Assembly: GCA_001773695.1 (NCBI GenBank)
Contig: MEXN01000007.1
Coordinates: forward strand, 115,204-179,203
Length of the DNA: 64,000 nucleotides
Direction of reading: 5' to 3'
Origin: Candidatus Amesbacteria bacterium RIFCSPLOWO2_01_FULL_48_25
GTDB lineage: Bacteria; Patescibacteriota; Microgenomatia; CAZETR01; Amesbacteraceae
Made by a program: the position numbers and the translations under genes. Below are positions 25,911 to 35,124 of the stretch, one piece after another. Position 1 is the stretch's first letter. The number at the start of each line of letters is the position of its first letter. The notes beneath the pieces are model-generated. The model saw only the letters and a program-made list of their open reading frames with translations, was not told the origin of the DNA and made no database searches.

Positions 25911-27340
25911 GCAATAAATTTTATATAACCGCCGCGATCCCGTATGTTAACGCCAAGCCGCATATTGGCCATGCCTTAGAATTTACGCAGGCAGATGTGA
26001 TTGCCAGATATCATAAGTTGTTAGGAGAGGATGTGTTGTTGCTATCCGGCGGAGATGAGAACGCTTTGAAAAATGTCCAAGCGGCGGAGAAGGCTGGAGT
26101 ACCGATACAAGAATTTGTGGATAAGAATACGCAGCTTTTCTTTGATCTAACGAAAAAATTGAATGCAGACTTTGATGTTTGGCAAAAAGGAAGCGATAAA
26201 GAACACCACTATGTTTCCAGCCAGGAATTGTGGAAGAGGTGCGAGAAGGACATTTATAAAAAGGCTTATCATGGGCTTTACTGCGTGGGGTGTGAGACTT
26301 TTTACGAAACGGAGGAGCTAGATGAGAAAGGAGAGTGTCTTGAACATCCGGGAAAAAAGTTGGACGAAGTGGAAGAGGAAAATTATTTCTTTAGATTATC
26401 TAAATACCAGGATAAGATTCTGAATTTAATTGAATCTAGAGAGCTAGAAATTGTCCCGAGTGAGAGAAAGAATGAGGTATTGAGTTTTATAAAGGGAGGA
26501 CTAAAGGATATCAGCATTTCGCGAAGTAATGAAAGGGCGAGGAATTGGGGAGTGCCCGTGCCAGGAGATGACAAACAGAGGATATTCGTTTGGTACGATG
26601 CGTTAAACATTTATCAGTCGGGCGTTGGATTTGGGTGGGATGAAGAAAAATATTACAAATGGTGGCCGGCGGATGTGCATGTCATCGGCAAAGGAATAAT
26701 CCGGTTCCATGCGGTGTATTGGCCGGCGTTTTTACTGTCTGCGGGATTGAAATTGCCAAAGAAAATATTTGTGCATGGATATTACACAGTGAACGGACAG
26801 AAGATGTCTAAGACCCTAGGAAATGTGTATGATCCGATTCCCCTGCTGGAAAAATACGGCGCTGATCCGCTGCGTTACTATTGCCTGGCCAAAACTCCCC
26901 CCTTTACCGATGGAGATTTTAGTGAAGAGAAATTTGTCGAGACATACAATGCGGATTTAGCGAATGGGTTGGGAAATCTCGTCGCTAGGGTGGCGAAACT
27001 GTGCGAAAAAGCAAATGTCCAGGGTACAAAGTTTAATGTGGGGTACGGAGATGAGAGTTTGAGTGAAATTAGAAAATATTTAGATGAGTTTAGGTTTGAT
27101 GAAGGCTTTAGATTGGTTTGGGGGTGGATCTCGGAATTGGATAAACAAATAGAAGAGTCTCGGCCGTGGGAACTTGAGGGTGAAAAATTGATAGAAGTGT
27201 TGCAATCGCTGGTTATTGGGATCAAAAAAATCTCGGCTGCTTTGCAACCTTTCTTACCCGAGACAGCTGAAAAAATATTAGACCAGTTCTCGCAGACGCA
27301 GATCATAAGCCAGTCGCCGTTATTTCCGAGGATTAAATAA
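25907..27340 (+). CDS. metG: Methionine--tRNA ligase (short form)
   Basis: YITAAIPYVNAKPHIGH, CVGCE knuckle, WYDAL, KMSKT; GTGA overlap with the upstream gene. Confidence 0.97.
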   Translation: MSNKFYITAAIPYVNAKPHIGHALEFTQADVIARYHKLLGEDVLLLSGGDENALKNVQAAEKAGVPIQEFVDKNTQLFFDLTKKLNADFDVWQKGSDKEHHYVSSQELWKRCEKDIYKKAYHGLYCVGCETFYETEELDEKGECLEHPGKKLDEVEEENYFFRLSKYQDKILNLIESRELEIVPSERKNEVLSFIKGGLKDISISRSNERARNWGVPVPGDDKQRIFVWYDALNIYQSGVGFGWDEEKYYKWWPADVHVIGKGIIRFHAVYWPAFLLSAGLKLPKKIFVHGYYTVNGQKMSKTLGNVYDPIPLLEKYGADPLRYYCLAKTPPFTDGDFSEEKFVETYNADLANGLGNLVARVAKLCEKANVQGTKFNVGYGDESLSEIRKYLDEFRFDEGFRLVWGWISELDKQIEESRPWELEGEKLIEVLQSLVIGIKKISAALQPFLPETAEKILDQFSQTQIISQSPLFPRIK

Positions 27341-27364
27341 CTCCCATACTACAGAGTATGGTAG

Positions 27365-27499
27365 TTAGCGCTTGCAATAAAGTTGGCAGTTTTCGTTGTA
27401 ACCCTCTTCGTGTAATTCATATCCGGCCTCATCACCGGCAAAAATGCCCCAGGCAACTGACCATGTGCAGCTGGCCCATTTATCAGTGATACTTGACAT
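27365..27499 (-). CDS. Possible 44-aa small protein
   Basis: ATG 1 nt after the upstream stop; MSSITDKWASCTWSVAWGIFAGDEAGYELHEEGYNENCQLYCKR. Confidence 0.3.
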   Translation of the reverse strand: MSSITDKWASCTWSVAWGIFAGDEAGYELHEEGYNENCQLYCKR

Positions 27500-27500
27500 G

Positions 27501-28193
27501 TTAATAGCTTTCGACAAAACGGGTGCTGTCTAGGTAAATAAGTTTTGGGCTGTTTATGACCTCTATCATTTCATCGAAGGTGGCGAAGACATTTTCCAAA
27601 GCCCGGTATTGTTTCTCGGTCATCCAGATGTTTTCACCTTCTGGAATTTTTTCTTTCAGTTTTCCCTTTGTGTTTTCTATTTTATAGACCCAAAAATATT
27701 TGTCTTCGAGCAACTGGCCATTTTTGTGAAAGTGGTGGTAGTGGACGATGCCCTTGTGAATGAAATCCCCCGTTAGACCCGTTTCTTCGAGAAATTCTCG
27801 ATGGGCACAATCCAGGGGGGTTTCTCCCCAGCGGATTTTGCCGGAATGGGAGCCGTACCAACCATAAAACGGTTCTTTCAGCCGGCGGTGGACAAGATAT
27901 TCGGTAATCCCGTTTTTGGGCCTGACGGCGTGGAGAGCGACAGCCAACTTGGCCTGGCGTTCGAGCTTCAGCGAGTCGGTGTCCATACGGTTGGCAAATT
28001 CTTTGCCCTGGGGGGTGAGGGAATACTTGCCCGCGGATTTGGTAATCAGGCCTTCCTGAATGAGCCGGTTGACGTGGAAAGTGAAGTGGTCGTTGGTGAC
28101 GTCAACGGTTTTGAGATCCCTAAATCTGGCATTGGGCTTGAATAATAATTCACGCAGGATCGAGATCTGAAAGTCGTGAATTTTGAGTTCCAT
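27501..28193 (-). CDS. N-terminal winged-HTH + Nudix domain protein
   Basis: ARFRDL..DHFTFHVNRLI..GLI..YSLT; Nudix box GKIRWGETPLDCAHREFLEETGL. Confidence 0.85.
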   Translation of the reverse strand: MELKIHDFQISILRELLFKPNARFRDLKTVDVTNDHFTFHVNRLIQEGLITKSAGKYSLTPQGKEFANRMDTDSLKLERQAKLAVALHAVRPKNGITEYLVHRRLKEPFYGWYGSHSGKIRWGETPLDCAHREFLEETGLTGDFIHKGIVHYHHFHKNGQLLEDKYFWVYKIENTKGKLKEKIPEGENIWMTEKQYRALENVFATFDEMIEVINSPKLIYLDSTRFVESY

Positions 28194-28200
28194 GGGGCGT

Positions 28201-28245
28201 ATTATTTGCTGAAGAGGGGTGATTGTCTAGTAAAGCCGGCTTTAC
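28201..28245 (-). promoter_or_regulatory. Promoter with adjacent perfect 16-bp palindrome (candidate operator)
   Basis: TAGACA-17-AATAAT-7-ATG; GTAAAGCCGGCTTTAC at 28230-28245. Confidence 0.6.
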
Positions 28246-28260
28246 CAATGTTTCCGAGGA

Positions 28261-28800
28261 TTAAATGGGTTGCCAGATAAAGTAGGAGGTTTTGTCGTCT
28301 TGGACTTCAACGTAGCCTTCAGGACGAAAATGGTATGGGGAAAGTCGGGTTTCGTAAATATAAACCTTATATTTGGACCAAAGCCCGGGATAGGATGTGG
28401 AGAGGATTTGCTCACGATCTTCGACGCCAGTGTTGAACAAGGCTACTCCAATGATGCCCAATTCTTCTTTCAAGGTTCTTATCGCGGCTTCGTCGGGTAA
28501 TTCGCCGGGTCGCATCTTTTCACCGATAGAGGTTGACAGACTCCGTCTTCTCTCCCTGCCGTCAGAGAACACTTGTTTTTCCTCGACTAGTTTTAAAACA
28601 CCTTGTCCCTGGCTAAAAAATACGTTTATCCCTACTCCCTTAACACTCCGTAGAACTTTTTTTCCCGAATCTTCTATTTTGACCTCTCCTGATCTTATTT
28701 CGGTCAGCAGGTGCGCTAACGTTTTGCTTTCTCCGGTTCCCCACTCTTCGTACGGAATTTTTCGGGAGTTAAGGAATTCCTTGAGTTCGTTTAAATTCAT
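28261..28800 (-). CDS. Nudix-domain protein
   Basis: EKMRPGELPDEAAIRTLKEELGI; WGTGESKT N-terminus; ATG 28800 is 7 nt after TAAGAT. Confidence 0.75.
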   Translation of the reverse strand: MNLNELKEFLNSRKIPYEEWGTGESKTLAHLLTEIRSGEVKIEDSGKKVLRSVKGVGINVFFSQGQGVLKLVEEKQVFSDGRERRRSLSTSIGEKMRPGELPDEAAIRTLKEELGIIGVALFNTGVEDREQILSTSYPGLWSKYKVYIYETRLSPYHFRPEGYVEVQDDKTSYFIWQPI

Positions 28801-28840
28801 CTGACGTATCTTATCACTCAAGGTCGGGTAAAATGGAGCA

Positions 28841-29533
28841 GTGATAGACTCACATTGTCATTTGTATGAGATTCCGGAGGAGGAATGGGTAGATAACGGA
28901 TTGGAGGCGATGGTTTGCGCGGGGGCGGATGTGGAGACGAGTGAAAAAGCAATTGAGTTGGCGGAAAAGCACCCTAATGTGTATGCCACTGCGGGGATAC
29001 ATCCGGAGGGAATGGGGAAGTTAAGGGATCTCTCGGCGTTGCTCGAGATGACAAAAAAACCGAAAGTTGTGGCGGTGGGGGAATGCGGGTTAGATACAGG
29101 AAGTGAAGCCGAGATTGAATTATTTAAATTTAATATAAATTTGGCGAAGGAGACGGGGTTGCCGGTGGTTGTGCATTGCCGGAATATGTTTGATAGGGTG
29201 TTTGAGGTTTTGAATTACGATAAAGTGCAGATGCATTGTTTTACTGGAAATGAGGAGGAGATGCGGGAGTGTGTGAGGAGGGGGTGGTATATAAGTTTTG
29301 GGGGGATATTAACATTTAAAAAAAGTGAGTATTCGAGAGAGGTGGCAAGATTAGTTCCGGAGGATAAGTTATTGATCGAGACCGACTCGCCATATTTAGC
29401 GCCGGAACCAGTAAGAGGGACTAGAAACACCCCAGTTAATGTAAAATATGTCTTAGACTGCCTGACAAAAGTAAGAGGGACTAGAGTGGAGCAGATAACC
29501 TCTGAAAACGCCAGAAGACTGTTTGGGTTATGA
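28841..29533 (+). CDS. tatD: TatD-family hydrolase
   Basis: IDSHCH, GIHP, VGECGLD, VHCR, MHCF, ETDSPY. Confidence 0.93.
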   Translation: MIDSHCHLYEIPEEEWVDNGLEAMVCAGADVETSEKAIELAEKHPNVYATAGIHPEGMGKLRDLSALLEMTKKPKVVAVGECGLDTGSEAEIELFKFNINLAKETGLPVVVHCRNMFDRVFEVLNYDKVQMHCFTGNEEEMRECVRRGWYISFGGILTFKKSEYSREVARLVPEDKLLIETDSPYLAPEPVRGTRNTPVNVKYVLDCLTKVRGTRVEQITSENARRLFGL

Positions 29534-30999
29534 CAAGAAGACAACGGAGGTTTTTAGAAATATTGCCGGGGTTTGTGAGTTGGAATGTGATTTTGTTTTT
29601 AATTTGGGGTGGTTATTTCATTCCGGTTGTGACGGCCTATTTTATATTGGCTTTTGATGTGTACTGGGTATACAAATCGCTGACCGTGACGGTAGCGGCA
29701 ATCTTATCCCACTTTAAAATGCAGGCGGCTGAGCACCTGGACTGGATGCGGGAAGTCCGGGGGTTTGGGGACTGGGAAAAAGTGAGACATGTGGTTATTG
29801 TCCTGGTTGCTAATGAACCACCGGAGACTTACTCGCGGACACTGGAGGCTTTGTCGAAACAAATGTTTCCATTGAAGCAAGTGGCGGTGGTCATGGCAAC
29901 CGAAGAAAGATTTCCTCAAGCTGCGCTGCAATGCGAGGCATGGCGAGAAAGAATGGGCAAATTGTTTGGGGCATACCTGGTGACTGTCCATCCGGCTAAT
30001 ATCCTCGGAGAAATTAAGGGCAAGTCGTCGAACGAGGCGTGGGGGGCTAAAGAAGCCAAGAGGATCTTGGTTGATGAAATGAAATGGGATATGGAGTTTA
30101 TGACAGCGACATCAAATGACTCAGATGCTATATTGCACACTCAGTATTTGGCTTGTTTGGCGTTTAAGTTTCTGGATGATCCTAATAGATATGAAAAATT
30201 CTGGCAACCGGCTATTGTGTTTTACAATAACATTTGGAGGTTGCCGGCCGTAACCCGAGTGGTAAATACATTGGGAACGTTGTTTCAAATTGCGGTTCTG
30301 ATGAGAAAAGACAAACTTATTAGCTTTTCTAATTATTCTCTTTCTTTCCGGTTGTTAGTGGAGGTGGGATACTGGGATACAGACGTGATTCCGGAAGACT
30401 ACCGGATTTTTTTCAAAGCTTTTTTTGCCAAAGAAGGGCGAGTGGAGGTGGAACCTATTTTTTTACCATCATCGGCGGACGCGGCTGAGTCGACGTCGAC
30501 TTGGAAAACTTTTTTGAACGACTATCAACAAAAAAAGAGGTGGGCGTGGGGAGTGTCCGATATCCCGACTTTCGTCGAGATGTACACCAAATACCGAGGA
30601 GGGTGGGAATTTAACAAGATATTGCGTTTGTGGCGAGTGTTTGAAGATCATTTGTTGTGGCCGGTCAACTGGTTTGTAATCACCGCCGGAATTACGATTG
30701 TCTCCTTGATCAACCCCGAATTTACCCGGACGACTCTTGGCTATTCGTTGCCCAAATTGTCATCGGCTATTTTGTCGGTGACAGTGTTGTTTTTGATTAT
30801 CTTACTTATCATTGACATGAGAAGGAGACCGCCGCGACCAGAGCATATGCCTAAATGGAGGGCGTGGTTAACGCCTCTAGAGTTTGTACTGATGCCTGTG
30901 GTTGGTTTTTTCTTTAATGCACTTCCTGGCTTGGACGCGCACACAAGGTTGATGTTGGGGAAGTATCTTGAATATAAGATCACAGAAAAGGTAAAGTAG
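29530..30999 (+). CDS. Membrane glycosyltransferase family 2
   Basis: GKSSN, DSD, IPED, QKKRWAWG (QxxRW), flanking TMs. Confidence 0.88.
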   Translation: MTRRQRRFLEILPGFVSWNVILFLIWGGYFIPVVTAYFILAFDVYWVYKSLTVTVAAILSHFKMQAAEHLDWMREVRGFGDWEKVRHVVIVLVANEPPETYSRTLEALSKQMFPLKQVAVVMATEERFPQAALQCEAWRERMGKLFGAYLVTVHPANILGEIKGKSSNEAWGAKEAKRILVDEMKWDMEFMTATSNDSDAILHTQYLACLAFKFLDDPNRYEKFWQPAIVFYNNIWRLPAVTRVVNTLGTLFQIAVLMRKDKLISFSNYSLSFRLLVEVGYWDTDVIPEDYRIFFKAFFAKEGRVEVEPIFLPSSADAAESTSTWKTFLNDYQQKKRWAWGVSDIPTFVEMYTKYRGGWEFNKILRLWRVFEDHLLWPVNWFVITAGITIVSLINPEFTRTTLGYSLPKLSSAILSVTVLFLIILLIIDMRRRPPRPEHMPKWRAWLTPLEFVLMPVVGFFFNALPGLDAHTRLMLGKYLEYKITEKVK

Positions 31000-31004
31000 A
31001 TATT

Positions 31005-32498
31005 ATGTGGGCGAGGTGGGAGAAATGGCTAAGAGGTCGGGAATGGCTGGTGTTGATCCTGATTGGAGTGGTGGTCATTAGGATTCCCACGTTGTTTGAG
31101 CCGTACTGGTATGGGGACGAGGGTATATATTTGACGGTCGGACAGGCGATGCGCCAGGGAGTCAAATTGTACAGACAAATTCACGACAACAAACCGCCAC
31201 TTTTATATTTGGTGTCAGCGCTTGCTGGAGGAAGTTTATTTTGGTTCAGGTTTCTGGCCGGTGCGTGGAATGTGGCGACGGTGGTGGTGTTCGCCGGGAC
31301 GTTTGATATCATATTCGGCAAGGAGAATCGCTCGTGGAAATATGGGGCAATAATCACCTTCGGTCTAATTACTAACTTGCCGCTATTGGAGGGAAATATT
31401 GCTAACGCCGAAAACTTTTTCTTATTACCGGTGTTGGCAGCGTTTGCTATATTGGGGAAAGAAAGGATCACTAGTGCTGGGATTTGGTGGGCGGGTATAC
31501 TAATCGGATTAGGTGCGCTGTTTAAGGTTCCGGCCTTGCTAGAAGCCGGGGTATGGCCGATTTATTGGCTAATTGAAACTTTAAACAAGAAACTAGGTTG
31601 GGGTGATTGGTGGAAACGGTGTATTATCCTTGGCCTGGCCGCTTTGTTGCCATTGATACTGACTGTGGGATATTATCAATTCACAGGATCTGGGACAAAT
31701 TACCTATCCGCAATTGTCGGACAAAATATTTCATATCTGTCCACCTGGAAAGAAGGTGGGGCAGGGGGTGGTATCTTTGGAGTGAAAGGGAGAGCAGCCG
31801 TGGCTGTAGTGCTGATTGCAGGAATTGTGGTTGTAAATAAGAGACTTAAAAAACAGGCAATAATTGTGGGAACGTGGTGGATAGTAACTCTGTTTGCGGC
31901 TTTGTTGTCCGGACGGCCATATCCCCATTATTTATTGCAAATGGCGGGAGTACTTACTTGCGGGGCAGTGATACTGGCAAGTGGAAAAAGATGGGAGAGG
32001 GGTTTGGTCGCGATCCTCATCGTGGTGTTTGCCGGGGCTATCACTTTTTTCCGGTTTTGGGTTTACCCGGTAGCGGGATATTACCTAAATTTTGCCAAGT
32101 GGGTAATTGGACGACAGACCAAGCAGGAATACTTCGCCTGGTTTGGGCCCGGGGTGTTGCGAAATTATAGAATTTCTGGAATTATCGCAGCGGGAAGTAA
32201 GCCTTCCGATAGGATCTTTGTGTGGGGCGACGAACCGATGATATATGCGCTGACGCGAAGGCTGCCGGCGACAAAATACATGGCCAAATACCATGTGGAA
32301 AGTTTTGCCGCCCAAGACCGGACGATTGAAGAGGTGGAGAGCAATAATCCACGATATATAGTGACTTTTTCTGACATGCGTGAGCTACCAGGGTTGGCTC
32401 AACTAATCTTGAGTAAGTACCTATTGGAGGAAAAAGTAGATGATGTTCGAATTTATCGGCAAATGGTGGGTTTGACGTATATACCCATCATGAGGTAG
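31005..32498 (+). CDS. GT-C (ArnT/PMT-like) glycosyltransferase
   Basis: WYGDEGIY, DNKPPLLY, YPHYLLQ, multi-TM. Confidence 0.8.
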   Translation: MWARWEKWLRGREWLVLILIGVVVIRIPTLFEPYWYGDEGIYLTVGQAMRQGVKLYRQIHDNKPPLLYLVSALAGGSLFWFRFLAGAWNVATVVVFAGTFDIIFGKENRSWKYGAIITFGLITNLPLLEGNIANAENFFLLPVLAAFAILGKERITSAGIWWAGILIGLGALFKVPALLEAGVWPIYWLIETLNKKLGWGDWWKRCIILGLAALLPLILTVGYYQFTGSGTNYLSAIVGQNISYLSTWKEGGAGGGIFGVKGRAAVAVVLIAGIVVVNKRLKKQAIIVGTWWIVTLFAALLSGRPYPHYLLQMAGVLTCGAVILASGKRWERGLVAILIVVFAGAITFFRFWVYPVAGYYLNFAKWVIGRQTKQEYFAWFGPGVLRNYRISGIIAAGSKPSDRIFVWGDEPMIYALTRRLPATKYMAKYHVESFAAQDRTIEEVESNNPRYIVTFSDMRELPGLAQLILSKYLLEEKVDDVRIYRQMVGLTYIPIMR

Positions 32499-32582
32499 TT
32501 CTTGTGCGTATTAACGCGTTTCGATGGGTATATATCCGTCATAATCGCTGCAAATTCGCAGCATGACAGCTATAATTAGGAA

Positions 32583-32906
32583 GTGGAAAGGGTTTTAAAA
32601 CGGCTAGGGTTATTTAATTTTTTAGTGATGGCGGCGGGGGTAATGGCCGGGTCCGGGGTTTTGATCATCTATGCCAAAAGACTGCCTCCCCAGGTGCCGT
32701 TATGGTACAGCCGGTCGTGGGGAGAAGAGCAGTTGGCAAGTCCGGCGATGCTTTGGGTGTTGGTAGCGTTGATTCTAGTAACCGGAATTGGGGCTGGAAT
32801 CGGGGGGAGAAAGGGAGTGTTGGGAGCAATGGTTTTGGCTGGGGGAATAGTAATCCAGGTGATGCTAATGTTGGCACTACTTAGAATTGTCATGTTGGTG
32901 GTATAA
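32583..32906 (+). CDS. Small membrane protein (DUF1648-like)
   Basis: LPPQVPLWYSRSWG between TM helices. Confidence 0.65.
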   Translation: MERVLKRLGLFNFLVMAAGVMAGSGVLIIYAKRLPPQVPLWYSRSWGEEQLASPAMLWVLVALILVTGIGAGIGGRKGVLGAMVLAGGIVIQVMLMLALLRIVMLVV

Positions 32907-33983
32907 ATGGAATATCTAATTGGTCCGTTTTTGGTCTCGGCTGGTATCTCGGTCGCGGTGAGTTGGTTGGTAATCAGGTGGGGTCGGGCCATGGGAATAA
33001 TTGACGACCCCAAAAAGCACATCCACCCCAAGGTAGTACATGAAACGCCTGTGCCCCGTGGGGGAGGGTTGCCAATCCTGGCAGCCTGGTTGATATCTGC
33101 GGCACTATTTCTTCCGTGGGAAAAGAAAATTGTCGGAATTGGGTTGGGGGTAATACTTTTGGGAATAATCGGGTTTGTCGATGACAAATTTGAGGAAAAG
33201 GTGTCCCCTCACTTTCGATTAGTTATCAATGTGTTGGCGGCTCTTATGGTAATCGGGGGTGGGGTGGGGATTGCATTTATAACTAGCCCTGGGGGGGGAA
33301 TTTGGGATCTAAGCTCTCCCAGATGGTGCTGGGGGGACCACTGCCTGTGGCTGTTGTCTGATTTATTCGCTTTGGTTTGGCTGGTGTGGACGCAAAACAT
33401 AGTCGGATGGAGCAGCGGGGTGGACGGGCAATTGCCGGGCTTTGTAATTGTGGCGGCGGGGGTGATGGCGGCAATGGGATTGAGATTTGGCACTGATATT
33501 AATCAACAACTTATAATAGTGATGGCGGCAATTGTGGCGGGGGCTTATGCGGGGTTTTTACTTTGGAACTGGTACCCACAGAAGATAATGCCAGGATACG
33601 GGGGAAAGAGCCTGGCTGGTTTTTTATTGGGAGTGTTGGCTATTTTTTCGGGAGCAAAAGTGGGAGCAATGATAATGGTACTTTGCATTCCTTTTATCGA
33701 TGGAGCGGCGGTAATTGTGAAACGGCTGGCCGAGCACCGCAGCCCGGTGTGGGGCGGGAGGGAACACCTGCATCATTACTTGTTGGACAAGGGATGGGGC
33801 AAGAGGCGAATAGCGGTTTTTTATTGGCTGATGTCATTGGTTTTTGGGGTGGGAGCGTTGCAATTGAATAGCCAGTCCAAGTACTTTACAATGGCGACAG
33901 CAGGACTTCTCATCGGGGGGGTCATTTTATGGTTTCACTATTTTTCAACATCCTCAAAACGGCAAGGCCCAGACAATGGGTAA
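32907..33983 (+). CDS. WecA/TagO/MraY-family polyprenyl-phosphate sugar-1-phosphate transferase
   Basis: PVPRGGG, GFVDD, GVDG, WNWYP.KIMPG, HLHH. Confidence 0.9.
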   Translation: MEYLIGPFLVSAGISVAVSWLVIRWGRAMGIIDDPKKHIHPKVVHETPVPRGGGLPILAAWLISAALFLPWEKKIVGIGLGVILLGIIGFVDDKFEEKVSPHFRLVINVLAALMVIGGGVGIAFITSPGGGIWDLSSPRWCWGDHCLWLLSDLFALVWLVWTQNIVGWSSGVDGQLPGFVIVAAGVMAAMGLRFGTDINQQLIIVMAAIVAGAYAGFLLWNWYPQKIMPGYGGKSLAGFLLGVLAIFSGAKVGAMIMVLCIPFIDGAAVIVKRLAEHRSPVWGGREHLHHYLLDKGWGKRRIAVFYWLMSLVFGVGALQLNSQSKYFTMATAGLLIGGVILWFHYFSTSSKRQGPDNG

Positions 33984-34870
33984 AAAACCTGACATTGTTT
34001 GCGGCACTTATTTTGACCGGGTATATTTATTCGTCCCAGTTGTGGTGGAGAGATTTTTGGATAGTGGCAGAAGCGGTGGTGATTTTTACACTGGTAGCGT
34101 CGGCTGTTTATTTTTGGAACGATATAATTGACATCAAGGCCGATCAGGCGCATCCGTTTAAGAAAAAAAGGCCGATTGCTTCTGGTAAGATCTATCTCCC
34201 TCTGGCGGTTGTCTTGTTTGGCTTGGGGTCAGTCGTGGGCTTAGGATGGGCATGGAAATTGTCGGGGCTGTTTTTTGGAGTAGTATTTGGGTATTGGGGA
34301 CTACAAATACTATATTCGGTATGGCTGAAAAACATCGAGGTGGTAGATGTGTTTGTGATTGCTATGGGGTTTTTTTTGAGAGTGCTGGCGGGATCGATTG
34401 TGATAAACGCCCACTTGTCTATCTGGTTTCTGTTGTGCGTAATTTCTACATCACTTTTTCTAGCGGTAGGGAAAAGGCGGGCAGAAATGGCAATTTTGAC
34501 TGAACAGGCGGCGTTGCACCGAAAAGTGATGAGTAAATATTCGGCCAGTATTCTGGACTCTTATTTGACCATGTTTGCCACAGCGGCGTTTTTGTCATGG
34601 TCGTTGTTTACCTTCAATTTTTACGAGCAAGGGGGGTTGCAGTTTACACCGACGAGCCTGGTCCTTACCTCTCGGACATTGACTATAAACAAATGGTTGA
34701 TGGCGACTATACCTGTCGTAATTTTTGGCATCATGCGGTACATCAGAATAATCTACGACGGGTCGAGGGCTGAAACTCCGGAGAGAGTAATTTTGTCAGA
34801 TGTGACACTACTTTCTACGGTTGCGGTGTGGGGAGTGTTGGTGATGATAACTCTTTACGGAATTGGTTAA
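33929..34870 (+). CDS. UbiA-family prenyltransferase (decaprenyl-phosphate phosphoribosyltransferase-like)
   Basis: RPRQWVKN, NDIIDIKADQAHPFKKKRPIASG, GKRRAE. Confidence 0.88.
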   Translation: MVSLFFNILKTARPRQWVKNLTLFAALILTGYIYSSQLWWRDFWIVAEAVVIFTLVASAVYFWNDIIDIKADQAHPFKKKRPIASGKIYLPLAVVLFGLGSVVGLGWAWKLSGLFFGVVFGYWGLQILYSVWLKNIEVVDVFVIAMGFFLRVLAGSIVINAHLSIWFLLCVISTSLFLAVGKRRAEMAILTEQAALHRKVMSKYSASILDSYLTMFATAAFLSWSLFTFNFYEQGGLQFTPTSLVLTSRTLTINKWLMATIPVVIFGIMRYIRIIYDGSRAETPERVILSDVTLLSTVAVWGVLVMITLYGIG

Positions 34871-35124
34871 TCTTTGGAGAATTGGCTTTCCAACTGCTTA
34901 ATTCTTTTGAGCCGAAAAAAATTGGTGATGCCCATATAAAGGGTGTAAGCGGGGCCAAGAATAAGTAGGATCGTTATTAATAAACGGTGCCAAGGCGGGG
35001 AAAAGAAAAGATTAACGAATAAAACCATTAATAGGCAAGCCAGATTGATGGCGCAGGCTTCGACGGCATAGATGATTTTGTCGAGACGCAATGCCTGGGG
35101 ATCATCATTCGTACTTTTGAGCAT
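34867..35124 (-). CDS. Small hypothetical membrane protein
   Basis: 85-aa ORF with 2 TM. Confidence 0.5.
   Translation of the reverse strand: MLKSTNDDPQALRLDKIIYAVEACAINLACLLMVLFVNLFFSPPWHRLLITILLILGPAYTLYMGITNFFRLKRIKQLESQFSKD

Noticed and set aside
33291-33298. G8 tracts (also 47271-47278, 59930-59937) as phase-variation sites
   Set aside because: Short, in-frame, encode Gly or Pro runs, and expected given the G skew
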